Shown: one piece after another, positions 27,567-36,368 of the stretch | How the letters are laid out: each line of letters starts with the position of its first letter | Position numbering within the stretch: the stretch's first letter is position 1 | IMG/VR virus record: IMGVR_UViG_3300005739_000002 | Location: 1 to 64,000 of that record | DNA length: 64,000 nucleotides | DNA from: a virus | Reading direction: 5' to 3' (one strand) | The notes under the pieces: model-generated | Told to the model about the DNA's origin: nothing | Database searches by the model: none | The model's input: only the letters and a program-made list of their open reading frames with translations | Position numbers and translations under genes: made by a program

Positions 27567-28793
27567 ATGACCCATACAGGTAACTTACGCTCTACTCCAG
27601 CAGACTCAGTTATTAATTCAGAAACTTTTACTTCTAAAGATAGACTTAAAACATCAGATGTAACCACAACCTACTTTACTAGCTTTCAGTTTGGTCAAAC
27701 AGGTGATTGGGATTCACAAGTATCTAACGGTGGAACCAAAACTTACAATGCCACGTTAGGTGGTATAGACCTAGGAGTATCTAGCACTTTAGATTCAGAG
27801 TCTATATTTCAAACTAGACGTGTAATGAGTTATGTTCCAGGTCGTGCAAGTGGTTTAAGTGGAGCCTACAGACTGAGCAATCTTACTTCTGGTATTAGAT
27901 ATCGTTGGGGGATATTTGATGAAAACAATGGAGCATTTGTTGAAGTAAATGGTAGTAATATTTATTGTGTAGTTAGAAGCAACACAACAGGCAGCGTTGT
28001 AGATAGTAGCGTGCCAAGAAGCTCATGGAATGAGGATAAGCTAGACGGCACTGGACGAAGTGGAATTACACTAGACCTTACTAAACAACAATTAATATAT
28101 ATTGAATATGAGTGGTACGGGGCTGGGGAAGTTAAATATTACTTTGTAATTGATGGACGTAAACGTTTAGTACATGTAGCTAGCCACGCTAATCATATAT
28201 CAACAGTGTATTGTAGAACTCCATTTTTACCTATTAGAGCAGAGGTAAAAAACCTAACAGGAGCTACTGGCGGTGGCATCTTGTATTTTGGTTCTGTTTC
28301 TCATGTTAGCGAGGGCGACTCTGCCCGCAGAGGCCAAACCCAAAATATAGCTAGCCCTATAACTGGATACTCATGTGCAACTGCTGGTACTTTTTATCCT
28401 GTATTTAGTGGTCGCTTAAAATCTACCGCACTTAACGCACTTGTTAAACCACTCAGTATGAGGCTGTCTTCACTAAATCACACAAGCGATGGTTTACATT
28501 GGAGAATTATTTTTAGTGGCACGCTAACTGGTGGGACATGGGTAGACTTTCCTATTGCCGACCCAGTAAGTCAATACAATACTACTGCTACAGCAATATC
28601 CAGCGGATATACATTGGTTGCTGGATTTCAACCAGCGTCAGCAGCAGGTCAACTAATTACATTCCCTCTTGAAAATAATCCATTAGGAAGAGGTCTTTTA
28701 GGTACAGTTAGTGACCAGATTACGTTAGCTGTAGCAGGCGTCAACAACACTACAACAGTAATGTGGTCTATCGATTGGCTAGAAGAAAGATAG
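27567..28793 (+). CDS. beta-sandwich virion protein, paralog of the core of 17535-20825
   Basis: QTRR..Y.PG, WGIFDENNG, WNEDKLDGTG.SG, EYEWYGAG motifs shared with 17535-20825. Confidence 0.7.
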   Translation: MTHTGNLRSTPADSVINSETFTSKDRLKTSDVTTTYFTSFQFGQTGDWDSQVSNGGTKTYNATLGGIDLGVSSTLDSESIFQTRRVMSYVPGRASGLSGAYRLSNLTSGIRYRWGIFDENNGAFVEVNGSNIYCVVRSNTTGSVVDSSVPRSSWNEDKLDGTGRSGITLDLTKQQLIYIEYEWYGAGEVKYYFVIDGRKRLVHVASHANHISTVYCRTPFLPIRAEVKNLTGATGGGILYFGSVSHVSEGDSARRGQTQNIASPITGYSCATAGTFYPVFSGRLKSTALNALVKPLSMRLSSLNHTSDGLHWRIIFSGTLTGGTWVDFPIADPVSQYNTTATAISSGYTLVAGFQPASAAGQLITFPLENNPLGRGLLGTVSDQITLAVAGVNNTTTVMWSIDWLEER

Positions 28794-28808
28794 TAAAAGA
28801 GTTAACTA

Positions 28809-28955
28809 ATGCCTTTTAAGTCCAAGCAACAGCGTAAGTTCATGTACGCTAAGCATCCAGAGATGGCTAAGGAGTGGGAAGAGAAAACCCCTAAGGGTAA
28901 AGCCCTTCCTAAGAAAGTCAAGAAAAAAGGAGCATCAAGTGGCAAAAAAAGATAA
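28809..28955 (+). CDS. 48-aa Lys-rich protein (not in ORF track)
   Basis: MPFKSKQQRKFMYAKHPEMAKEWEEKTPKGKALPKKVKKKGASSGKKR. Confidence 0.75.
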   Translation: MPFKSKQQRKFMYAKHPEMAKEWEEKTPKGKALPKKVKKKGASSGKKR

Positions 28956-29109
28956 ACCAGTATGGGATAAGAAGGACCCAACCCCAGGTAAATCTAGTAA
29001 ACTTAGCAAGAAGCAGAAGTCCTCTGCAAAGGCTAGGGCGAAGGCAGCAGGCCGCCCCTATCCTAACCTCGTAGACAACATGGCTGCTGCAAGAAAGAAG
29101 AAAAAATAA
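28939..29109 (+). CDS. 56-aa Lys-rich protein (not in ORF track)
   Basis: GTG start with SD AAGGAG; MAKKDKPVWDKKDPTPGKSSKLSKKQKSSAKARAKAAGRPYPNLVDNMAAARKKKK. Confidence 0.75.
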   Translation: MAKKDKPVWDKKDPTPGKSSKLSKKQKSSAKARAKAAGRPYPNLVDNMAAARKKKK

Positions 29110-29288
29110 TGTGCGCTACTTGTGGTTGCATGGGCAAGAAAAAGAAGGCTCCAGCTAAGAAGGCTGCTGCTAAGAAGGCTGCTCCAAAGGGCATGTCATC
29201 TAAGCAGAAAAAGCTTGATGTTGATAAGGACGGCAAGTTAGAAGGCTCTGACTTTGCTGCTCTCCGTTCAAAGAAAAAGAAGAAATAA
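29109..29288 (+). CDS. 59-aa Lys-rich protein with N-terminal MCATCGC and an EF-hand-like loop (not in ORF track)
   Basis: TAATG coupling; MCATCGCMGKKKKAPAKKAAAKKAAPKGMSSKQKKLDVDKDGKLEGSDFAALRSKKKKK. Confidence 0.75.
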   Translation: MCATCGCMGKKKKAPAKKAAAKKAAPKGMSSKQKKLDVDKDGKLEGSDFAALRSKKKKK

Positions 29289-29431
29289 TGTGTGCGACGT
29301 GCGGCTGTGGTCAACCGAAGAACAAGCACGGAATGAAGACCCTCAAGGCGGCGAACAAAAAGTTTGCTGCAAAGAAGGGTGCACCTGCAAAGGCTAAAAA
29401 AGCCTCAATGGTCCGTAAGAAAGGCATGTAA
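29288..29431 (+). CDS. 47-aa Lys-rich protein with N-terminal MCATCGCG (not in ORF track)
   Basis: TAATG coupling; MCATCGCGQPKNKHGMKTLKAANKKFAAKKGAPAKAKKASMVRKKGM. Confidence 0.75.
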   Translation: MCATCGCGQPKNKHGMKTLKAANKKFAAKKGAPAKAKKASMVRKKGM

Positions 29432-29646
29432 TGAAGAAGCCTCCTATGAAAGGCAAGTACACAGAAGCGTCTGATAAGAAGATGGATGCCTACCTGACTA
29501 AAGGTCTTTCTAAGAAGGAGAAGGCTGAGTTCAAGAAAAAAGACACAGCCCATGGCAAGAAGAAAAAGCCTAAAACTCTTCAGGAAGACGCCCCAATTGA
29601 TAAGAAGATTATCAAGGATATAAAGGCAAAACGTAAAAAGAAGTAG
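29431..29646 (+). CDS. 71-aa Lys-rich protein
   Basis: TAATG coupling; very Lys-rich. Confidence 0.75.
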   Translation: MKKPPMKGKYTEASDKKMDAYLTKGLSKKEKAEFKKKDTAHGKKKKPKTLQEDAPIDKKIIKDIKAKRKKK

Positions 29647-29653
29647 TTCGCTT

Positions 29654-29680
29654 AGGCCCCCGAAAGGGGGCCTTTGCTTT
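29654..29680 (+). terminator. intrinsic terminator closing the Lys-rich cassette
   Basis: AGGCCCCC-GAAA-GGGGGCCT-TTGCTTT. Confidence 0.85.
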
Positions 29681-29752
29681 ATCCTAGTAGTGAATCCATG
29701 CGGGATTCAAAGCTTCACCCCTGCGTTATACCTTGCGATTAATAGGACGGCC

Positions 29753-29899
29753 ATGTCTAAAAAAGTATCCTCAGCCTCTGATAAAGAGTTTAGGAAAGAG
29801 ATAGGCAAAGCCATTCCTGGTGTCAACGCATTCTTAGCTTTGACTGTCGCAACATACGCACTGGGGAGAACCGTTGCAAAACGTAGAAAATCTAATTAA
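29753..29899 (+). CDS. small hypothetical protein with a hydrophobic segment
   Basis: ATG 29753 after AGGA; MSKKVSSASDKEF... Confidence 0.45.
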   Translation: MSKKVSSASDKEFRKEIGKAIPGVNAFLALTVATYALGRTVAKRRKSN

Positions 29900-30203
29900 G
29901 TCCAAAGCCGAGAGCGGCTCTCAGGACATGACTGACGCCTTGCGTGATAGGGCAGTTGGTGCTGGTTGGCCTGCGGACGTAGTCTCCAATTTAGCGGTTG
30001 AGTTTGATGGCGCTAATATTAAATTTCAATTCCCTAGTCATCTTGCCGATACGGTGTATGACCTAGAATACGGTAAGCCAGGAACCCCACCAACCTCTGT
30101 AATGCGTGGTTTGTCTTACCGCATAAACGGGTTTTTAGATGAGATGATTGACGACGAGCTGCTGGATACCATGGTCATGTCTGAGGAAATTCTCCATGGG
30201 TAA
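29874..30203 (+). CDS. putative neck/tail completion protein
   Basis: DLEYG....PP...MR pattern reminiscent of HK97 gp10-like proteins; position. Confidence 0.5.
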   Translation: MQNVENLIKSKAESGSQDMTDALRDRAVGAGWPADVVSNLAVEFDGANIKFQFPSHLADTVYDLEYGKPGTPPTSVMRGLSYRINGFLDEMIDDELLDTMVMSEEILHG

Positions 30204-30870
30204 TCAGTTTTTAATAGCAGAAGACGAGGCCCTAAAAGCATATCTACAGGGTATGACAGTTGCAGATGAAAAATCTGCAGCAACTAACGGTCCTACAGGA
30301 ACAGTTAAAACCCGTCCTGTAAAAGTGTGGTTCGGATATCCCGATGTAGAAGTAAGAGCCCAAGAGTTTCCTTTTGTAACTATAGATTTAATAGACATAG
30401 TTCCTGCGAACGACCGACAAATGCAAGGTAAATTAATTGATGGGGATTATAGAGGAACTATCCCCGCACAAGCTGGTTTTGGTTATGAATATGATTATCC
30501 AATTGCTTATGACATTATCTATCAATTAACGACTTATGCACGTCACCCACGCCATGACAGGGCTATCCTGTTTCAAATGTGGAATAAATTTCCAGCCAAG
30601 TACGGAAAGCTGTTGGTAAGCAATCAGATAGATACTGAATCTTACCCGCGCTCTATGTTCGTGGATGGATACGCAAAAAGAGACACGTTTGAGGATGCGG
30701 AAAGTGGAAACCGACGCCTCCTACGTAATGTCTTTACATTACGAATAGTTAGTGAGATGACACCAGCAGTAGCCGCAGATAGAGTGGCTAGAGTTGAATC
30801 AGTTCTCATTAACCTTCCACCAAATCCTCCAGGAACATCAAACGTTCCTACGATATACGAAAAGTTATAA
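30196..30870 (+). CDS. putative tail terminator protein
   Basis: FPFVTIDL...YQLTTYAR pattern; immediately upstream of sheath. Confidence 0.6.
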   Translation: MGNQFLIAEDEALKAYLQGMTVADEKSAATNGPTGTVKTRPVKVWFGYPDVEVRAQEFPFVTIDLIDIVPANDRQMQGKLIDGDYRGTIPAQAGFGYEYDYPIAYDIIYQLTTYARHPRHDRAILFQMWNKFPAKYGKLLVSNQIDTESYPRSMFVDGYAKRDTFEDAESGNRRLLRNVFTLRIVSEMTPAVAADRVARVESVLINLPPNPPGTSNVPTIYEKL

Positions 30871-30912
30871 CAAACGTAGCCCATGTATAACCTAACTAAG
30901 GAGATTATCTAA

Positions 30913-32415
30913 ATGGCATTTCAACGCCCTGGGGTATATGTACAAGAAGTACTTAACCCTGTACAACCAGTTCCTGGAGTAAACTCTCAGTTCGTAACCG
31001 CATTTATTGGTGAGAACGACCGAGGTCCAGTCAACACCCCTACACTTATCACTTCCTGGAATCAGTACGTAACAACGTTTGGTTCTTGGAATAACTACAC
31101 ACTAAACACATTACCTATTGCGGTATATATGTTTTTCTCTAATGGAGGAAGCGCTGCGTATATTACTCGTATCGCTAACTCTGCGACTACCGCAGTTCGT
31201 TCTCTAAACGACCGAGCTGTTAGCCCGTCAGCAACGCTATCTATTACGGCTAAAAACCCTGGACGTTGGGGAAATGATTTAAATATTTCAATCTCTAACT
31301 CTATTACAACTGGGTATTTTGACCTAATTGTTTATCAAGGCGGAACAACAGATGCTAACATTGTAGAGACATTTACTCAGCTATCTATGACAACTACAGA
31401 CAGTAGATATGCTCCTCTAACTGTTAACCCTATTTCAAACTATGTTACTCTAATTGATTTAAACTCTGCTAATACTGGTACTACAAGAAACCCAGCAGTA
31501 GTAGCAAACCAAACGCTAACAGGCGGTGGAACTGGTGGAAGTATTACCGTAACAGAATTTTCTGCTGGTCTTGCTTCACACGACATTCTTCAACAGTCTT
31601 TGGTTATCAATCTTCCTGGACAGACAGCAGCTAATATTGTAAACTCTGCAATTAGTTACGCTGAAGGAAGAGATGATGTATTTGTAGTAGTTGATGGTCC
31701 AGATGACACACCAGCTAATGCTCTAACTTTAGCTGCTACCTATACGCCAAGTTCTTTAGCAGCTGTTTATTACCCACAGCTTGTTATTGCAGACCCAACA
31801 GTAGGCGTTGGTGGAACACTTGGAAGAACCCTTACAGTCGGCGCAGGAGCTGCAGTTGCAGGTCTTATCGCGTCAACTGATGCATCACGAGGAGTGTACA
31901 AAGCTCCAGCTGGTTTGCAAGCACGTCTTGCAGGGGTTGTATCAACTCGTCCATTAACAAATGCAGCACTTGATTCCTTAAATACCGCGGCTGCGCCTGT
32001 TAACGCTATACGATTTATTCCTGGCTCTGGCCATGTTGTAATGGGTGCAAGAACCCTCAAAGGCGGCTATGTAGATAAGTATGTTCCAGTACGTCGTACT
32101 CTCATTTATCTACGTAAGTCTTTAACTGACCTAACTCAGTTTGCAATTTTTGAACCTAATAATGAAAACTTATGGCGACGTTTGGAGTCATCAGTTAGTT
32201 CATTCCTTACACAGTTTTGGTCACAAGGTGGGCTTCGAGGCACCACCCCAGACCAAGCGTTCTTCGTTAAAGTCGATGCTGAGAATAACCCTCAGTATTT
32301 AATTGATAATGGCGAAGTACACATTGAGGTTGGCGTTGCTCTACAACGTCCAGCCGAATTCGTAGTCATTAAGATTGGTCAGTTTGACGGTGGAACCACC
32401 GTTACTGTGGCGTAA
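30913..32415 (+). CDS. tail sheath protein
   Basis: RPGVYVQE, GVYKAPAG, GARTL, YVPVRR, FEPN, PAEFV motifs. Confidence 0.95.
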   Translation: MAFQRPGVYVQEVLNPVQPVPGVNSQFVTAFIGENDRGPVNTPTLITSWNQYVTTFGSWNNYTLNTLPIAVYMFFSNGGSAAYITRIANSATTAVRSLNDRAVSPSATLSITAKNPGRWGNDLNISISNSITTGYFDLIVYQGGTTDANIVETFTQLSMTTTDSRYAPLTVNPISNYVTLIDLNSANTGTTRNPAVVANQTLTGGGTGGSITVTEFSAGLASHDILQQSLVINLPGQTAANIVNSAISYAEGRDDVFVVVDGPDDTPANALTLAATYTPSSLAAVYYPQLVIADPTVGVGGTLGRTLTVGAGAAVAGLIASTDASRGVYKAPAGLQARLAGVVSTRPLTNAALDSLNTAAAPVNAIRFIPGSGHVVMGARTLKGGYVDKYVPVRRTLIYLRKSLTDLTQFAIFEPNNENLWRRLESSVSSFLTQFWSQGGLRGTTPDQAFFVKVDAENNPQYLIDNGEVHIEVGVALQRPAEFVVIKIGQFDGGTTVTVA

Positions 32416-32429
32416 AGGAGAGCCAATAA

Positions 32430-33089
32430 ATGTCAACACCATCATCAATCAGAAACCGCTTCTCTACCCTGGCGACTGACCCGTTACGTTCGTTTCGGTT
32501 CTATGCAGAATTTACTAAAATTGGAAACGACGAACCATTTACACCAAAGATTACAACCAGCGCACAGCTATCGCCAGCAACAAACGGTAGCTCTACTGGT
32601 TGGATTGGGGGCTTCTCCCAAATCTCTGGTCTAAGTATTAACACTCAGTCTATCCAGTATCGTGAAGGCGGATACAACACTACGGTCCACCAGGTACCTG
32701 GTATGACCACATTCTCACCAGTAACCTTCCAGCGTGGCGTGCTATATGGCAACGACCAAGCTATTACCTGGATGCGTGGCTTATTTGCTGCTGCATCAGG
32801 TGAAGGTATTGCGATGCGTAATGCAACTGCAGACCGCAGCTTCCGTGTAAACATCAACGTCTATGTAATGGACCACCCAAATACCAAGGGAACCCTTGCT
32901 GGAGATGACGATGCAAACATTCCACGTATGGGATTCAGGATTCATAACGCCTGGATTACTACGCTAAACTATACAGACCTAAATGCTGCAGACGGCGCAA
33001 TTCTTTACGAATCAATGTCTTTGGTACACGAGGGTCTATCTGTGTTCTTTACAGACGAAAAGTTCAAGCGTAAAGACAACGTAGTATAA
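32430..33089 (+). CDS. tail tube protein (T4 gp19-like)
   Basis: DPLRSFRF, GFSQISGL, YREGG, PG.T.F.PVT.QRG motifs. Confidence 0.9.
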   Translation: MSTPSSIRNRFSTLATDPLRSFRFYAEFTKIGNDEPFTPKITTSAQLSPATNGSSTGWIGGFSQISGLSINTQSIQYREGGYNTTVHQVPGMTTFSPVTFQRGVLYGNDQAITWMRGLFAAASGEGIAMRNATADRSFRVNINVYVMDHPNTKGTLAGDDDANIPRMGFRIHNAWITTLNYTDLNAADGAILYESMSLVHEGLSVFFTDEKFKRKDNVV

Positions 33090-33110
33090 ACTAACTAATA
33101 GGAGTATTAG

Positions 33111-33902
33111 ATGTCAGACATTATTACAGACGCACAATTACTACAACAATTTGCGGAAAAACTTTCAGAAGAGCCCGCGGCTAAAATACAGACGCGGGCC
33201 CCTTCTGAGTCAGAAGTAGACCTGCCTGGTGGTTATAGAGACTTAGAAGACAAACTACATACCACAGCAGAGGTTAGAGAACTTACAGGAGCTGATGAAG
33301 AGGCGGTAGCTAAAGCTGGTTCTTCAGGAAAAGCTCTTAATGTTCTTCTAGCTAGAGGCTTAGCAAAACTTGGAAATAGAGAAGCTACAGCCGATGACCT
33401 AGACATGTTGCTAGCGGGCGACCGCGATGCAATCCTTCTAGGCATACGAAGAGTTACATTTGGAACTACATCTACTTTGCGAGTACGTTGTCAGAGTTGC
33501 TCAGATGAGCACGATACAACTATAGATTTAGTAGAAGATGTTCCAGTTAAAAGATTAAAAGACCCAAGTGAACGCCAGTGGACTATGGAAACAAAGCTTG
33601 GGCCAGTAGTCGTAGCTCTTCCAAACGGTATAACACAAAAGAAGCTGATGGAAAATTATGACAAAACATCAGCAGAAATTAATACACTCTTACTATCTGG
33701 ATGTATTGTTTCACTAAACGGAGCACCATCTGTTGGAGCAGGTACTGCACTATCTCTTGGTATGGCAGACCGCACTCGCATAATCGACGAGATTATCAAC
33801 CGCAACCCAGGCCCACGCCTAGGGGAGGTGAAGAAGGCTTGTAAGGCATGTGGAGAAGATATACGTCTACCACTGTCCTTGCTAGATTTGTTTCGTATAT
33901 AG
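33111..33902 (+). CDS. tail assembly chaperone / T4 gp26-like hub assembly protein with two CxxC
   Basis: VRELTGADEE, GDRDAILLGIR..TFG, CQSC, CKAC. Confidence 0.75.
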   Translation: MSDIITDAQLLQQFAEKLSEEPAAKIQTRAPSESEVDLPGGYRDLEDKLHTTAEVRELTGADEEAVAKAGSSGKALNVLLARGLAKLGNREATADDLDMLLAGDRDAILLGIRRVTFGTTSTLRVRCQSCSDEHDTTIDLVEDVPVKRLKDPSERQWTMETKLGPVVVALPNGITQKKLMENYDKTSAEINTLLLSGCIVSLNGAPSVGAGTALSLGMADRTRIIDEIINRNPGPRLGEVKKACKACGEDIRLPLSLLDLFRI

Positions 33903-34050
33903 CGAAACGGATTACGAAGACCTTCTAGACCAGTACGAGATTCTTACTAGAAGCTTTACTGGTTGGACGCTAACAGACATACGTTCTTTATCAGTTCGTG
34001 AAAGACAGAATTGGTTAGAGCGTTCGCAACGATTTAAACCTAAAGGATAG
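33892..34050 (+). CDS. start-less ORF, probable frameshift extension of the tail assembly chaperone
   Basis: +1 frame open from 33886 to TAG 34048-50, no ATG/GTG/TTG; ...QYEILTRSFTGWTLTDIRSLSVRERQNWLE resembles chaperone C-terminal extensions. Confidence 0.7.
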   Translation, partial: FVYSETDYEDLLDQYEILTRSFTGWTLTDIRSLSVRERQNWLERSQRFKPKG

Positions 34051-34052
34051 TA

Positions 34053-36368
34053 ATGGCAAAGGAAGACCTAAACCTTGGCGGCTCTACAGCCGCGTCATTT
34101 ATTTCCTCTTTAAGAACTGGCATCTCCTCTATACGTCAGGAGATGAATCTTCTTAAACAAGATACCTCTGGTTGGTCCAGCGCTCTTGGTGGAGCTATGT
34201 CCAGACTTGGTGGACGTGGTGGTGGATATGGAAGCCCTGGTAACAATGTAATTGCTCCAGTTCCTGTATTTAAAATTACATCGCTTGGTGAAGCTGAACA
34301 AGTCGATATGTATCGGCAAGGCGGCTATAACCGAGTATTTTCTTCTCCTGGTATAGAGCCATACAGACCGTTGCCTACTGGATATATGGGCGATGGAGGC
34401 GCTGCTGGCGGCGGCGGCGGCGGTGGCGGTGGCGGTGGAGGTTTTGGCGCCCTAGGAAGACGCGCTATTACAGGCGGAGTTGTTGGAGGTATTGCCTCTT
34501 TACCTAATGCAAGAGAAGCTGTTGAATATGAACTAGCTACAAAGAGAATGATTTTTTACCAGCAACAAGCAAGTTTTCAAGCTGGTAATGCTGGACCTTT
34601 TGGAAAGACTAATCCATTTGGTATTTATGGACTAGGTACTAGCGGCGGTCAAGTTAGACCAGGTGGCGAATACGCTACGGCTACCACTCTACTACAAGAA
34701 CTAGCAAAGGCTGGTACTACAACAGGTAAGTTTGACACAGTAGCTGCAATGGAAGCGGCTCGTCAACTTGGTATTGGTGGCCCTAACTTTGCACAAGTAG
34801 CGTTTGGTGCGGCGCAGATGTCTAACATAACTCCAGGTATTGGAGTTGAAGGTTCTATGCGTGCTTTTGGAGCAGTACAACAGGCTCGTAACGTTAACAT
34901 GCTACGCGGTATTGGCATTCGTATACGCGGTGAAGATGGCTCTATGAAACCTATGCCGCAGATTATTGACGAGATTTGGGCCAAATTAAATAGAGAAAAG
35001 ATGGGTAATGAACCCATTACTGCACAAGACGTACAAATATCTTTGCAACCAGGTAACGCCTTAGCCTCAATGTTAGACCAATACTTTGGCAATGACCCCC
35101 TACTACGCAAGCAGGTAGAAGACGGACTTATGCTTAAAGCACGAAGCGGTGGAGCACGCTTTGCAGGTAGGGATATGAAAAAGCTTGCAGAACAATATGG
35201 CGCTACAACGCCTGCGGTTAGTTCGCTAAGCCAACGTATTACTGAATCTACTAAAACCCTACAGCAAGCAGCACCTGCTATGGCTGACGCGTTTACCGCA
35301 GCTAACAGAATTGTCAGTCAGATAACTGGCGTTATGAATCTTATTGATAGATTTACAGGAATGTTTACTGGATTGTCTGCTATAAAAGCTGGAACATCCA
35401 CTCTAATGAGTGGTGGTCCTGGAAATATTATTGGCGGAATAATGAACTTTGCTGCCAACATCCCTTTTCTTGGCGCCCTATTACCTGGCAAAGCTGACGG
35501 TGGTCCTGTTGGCGGAAAGATGCCATACATTGTAGGTGAGCAAGGACCTGAGCTATTTGTACCTAAACAAGATGGCGTAATTATTCCTAATCATGAGATA
35601 AATAAAAACAACCCATTCCGCCATGAAGGCGGAGAGGTGCATAACAGAACTCATAATGCTCCTGACACTCGACCAAGTGGAGCAGGTAAAATTTTTAAAT
35701 CAGAAGAAGAAATGAGAAAAATTTTACAACAAGCTGGGTTTGAAGGAGAAGGTTTAGCTAACGCAATGAAAATTGCTAAAGCTGAATCTAACTATAGACC
35801 TTGGGCATGGAACCCACACGGTGGCGATTTATCGTATGGTTTATTCCAAATTAACATGCTTGGTGATTTAATGGATGAACGTTTAGGCAAAACATGGAAA
35901 GCTAAAGATGGTAGTACATTTAAATTAAATAGACCTGAAGATTTATATGACCCGCTAACTAACGCTAAGGTCGCATACCACATGTCTCAAAAAGGATACA
36001 ACTGGAGTCAATGGTCTACAAAAGGTGTGTTAGGGGGAGGCAGCGCAGGCGGCTCCGCTAATGCTGGTGAAGGTGGTTCTGGAGTAACAGAATCTAAAGG
36101 TTTTGAACCTGGTGAAAAATTTAGTATGTCTAAGTTTTTTTCTGGCGCTGAAAACAGCAATAAAAATCTTTTAAGTGAGTTTTTTAAAGGCTTTACTTCT
36201 TTTGCTACCCCATCCCAAAAAACTCAAGCTCAAACAAATGCTACCACCTACAACTACGGCGGGGTAACTGTGAACTTAACTGGTGGGACAAACCCAGAAG
36301 CAAATGCAGCAGCTCTTAAAGCAGCATTAGCTAACACCGAAACACTATCAAAGGCGGCGAATAACTAA
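34053..36368 (+). CDS. tape measure protein with C-terminal lysozyme-like transglycosylase domain
   Basis: Ala/Gly-rich helical; ADGGPV...YIVGEQGPELF; KAESNY...SYGLFQIN. Confidence 0.88.
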   Translation: MAKEDLNLGGSTAASFISSLRTGISSIRQEMNLLKQDTSGWSSALGGAMSRLGGRGGGYGSPGNNVIAPVPVFKITSLGEAEQVDMYRQGGYNRVFSSPGIEPYRPLPTGYMGDGGAAGGGGGGGGGGGGFGALGRRAITGGVVGGIASLPNAREAVEYELATKRMIFYQQQASFQAGNAGPFGKTNPFGIYGLGTSGGQVRPGGEYATATTLLQELAKAGTTTGKFDTVAAMEAARQLGIGGPNFAQVAFGAAQMSNITPGIGVEGSMRAFGAVQQARNVNMLRGIGIRIRGEDGSMKPMPQIIDEIWAKLNREKMGNEPITAQDVQISLQPGNALASMLDQYFGNDPLLRKQVEDGLMLKARSGGARFAGRDMKKLAEQYGATTPAVSSLSQRITESTKTLQQAAPAMADAFTAANRIVSQITGVMNLIDRFTGMFTGLSAIKAGTSTLMSGGPGNIIGGIMNFAANIPFLGALLPGKADGGPVGGKMPYIVGEQGPELFVPKQDGVIIPNHEINKNNPFRHEGGEVHNRTHNAPDTRPSGAGKIFKSEEEMRKILQQAGFEGEGLANAMKIAKAESNYRPWAWNPHGGDLSYGLFQINMLGDLMDERLGKTWKAKDGSTFKLNRPEDLYDPLTNAKVAYHMSQKGYNWSQWSTKGVLGGGSAGGSANAGEGGSGVTESKGFEPGEKFSMSKFFSGAENSNKNLLSEFFKGFTSFATPSQKTQAQTNATTYNYGGVTVNLTGGTNPEANAAALKAALANTETLSKAANN

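Noticed and set aside
29063-29553. Minus-strand Phe/Leu-rich ORFs
   Set aside because: Antisense shadows of the Lys-rich plus-strand micro-genes, which have coupling signals and a terminator.
34407-34440. (GGC)n microsatellite in the tape measure gene as a phase-variation switch
   Set aside because: Triplet repeat encoding a poly-Gly linker; slippage would not change frame.
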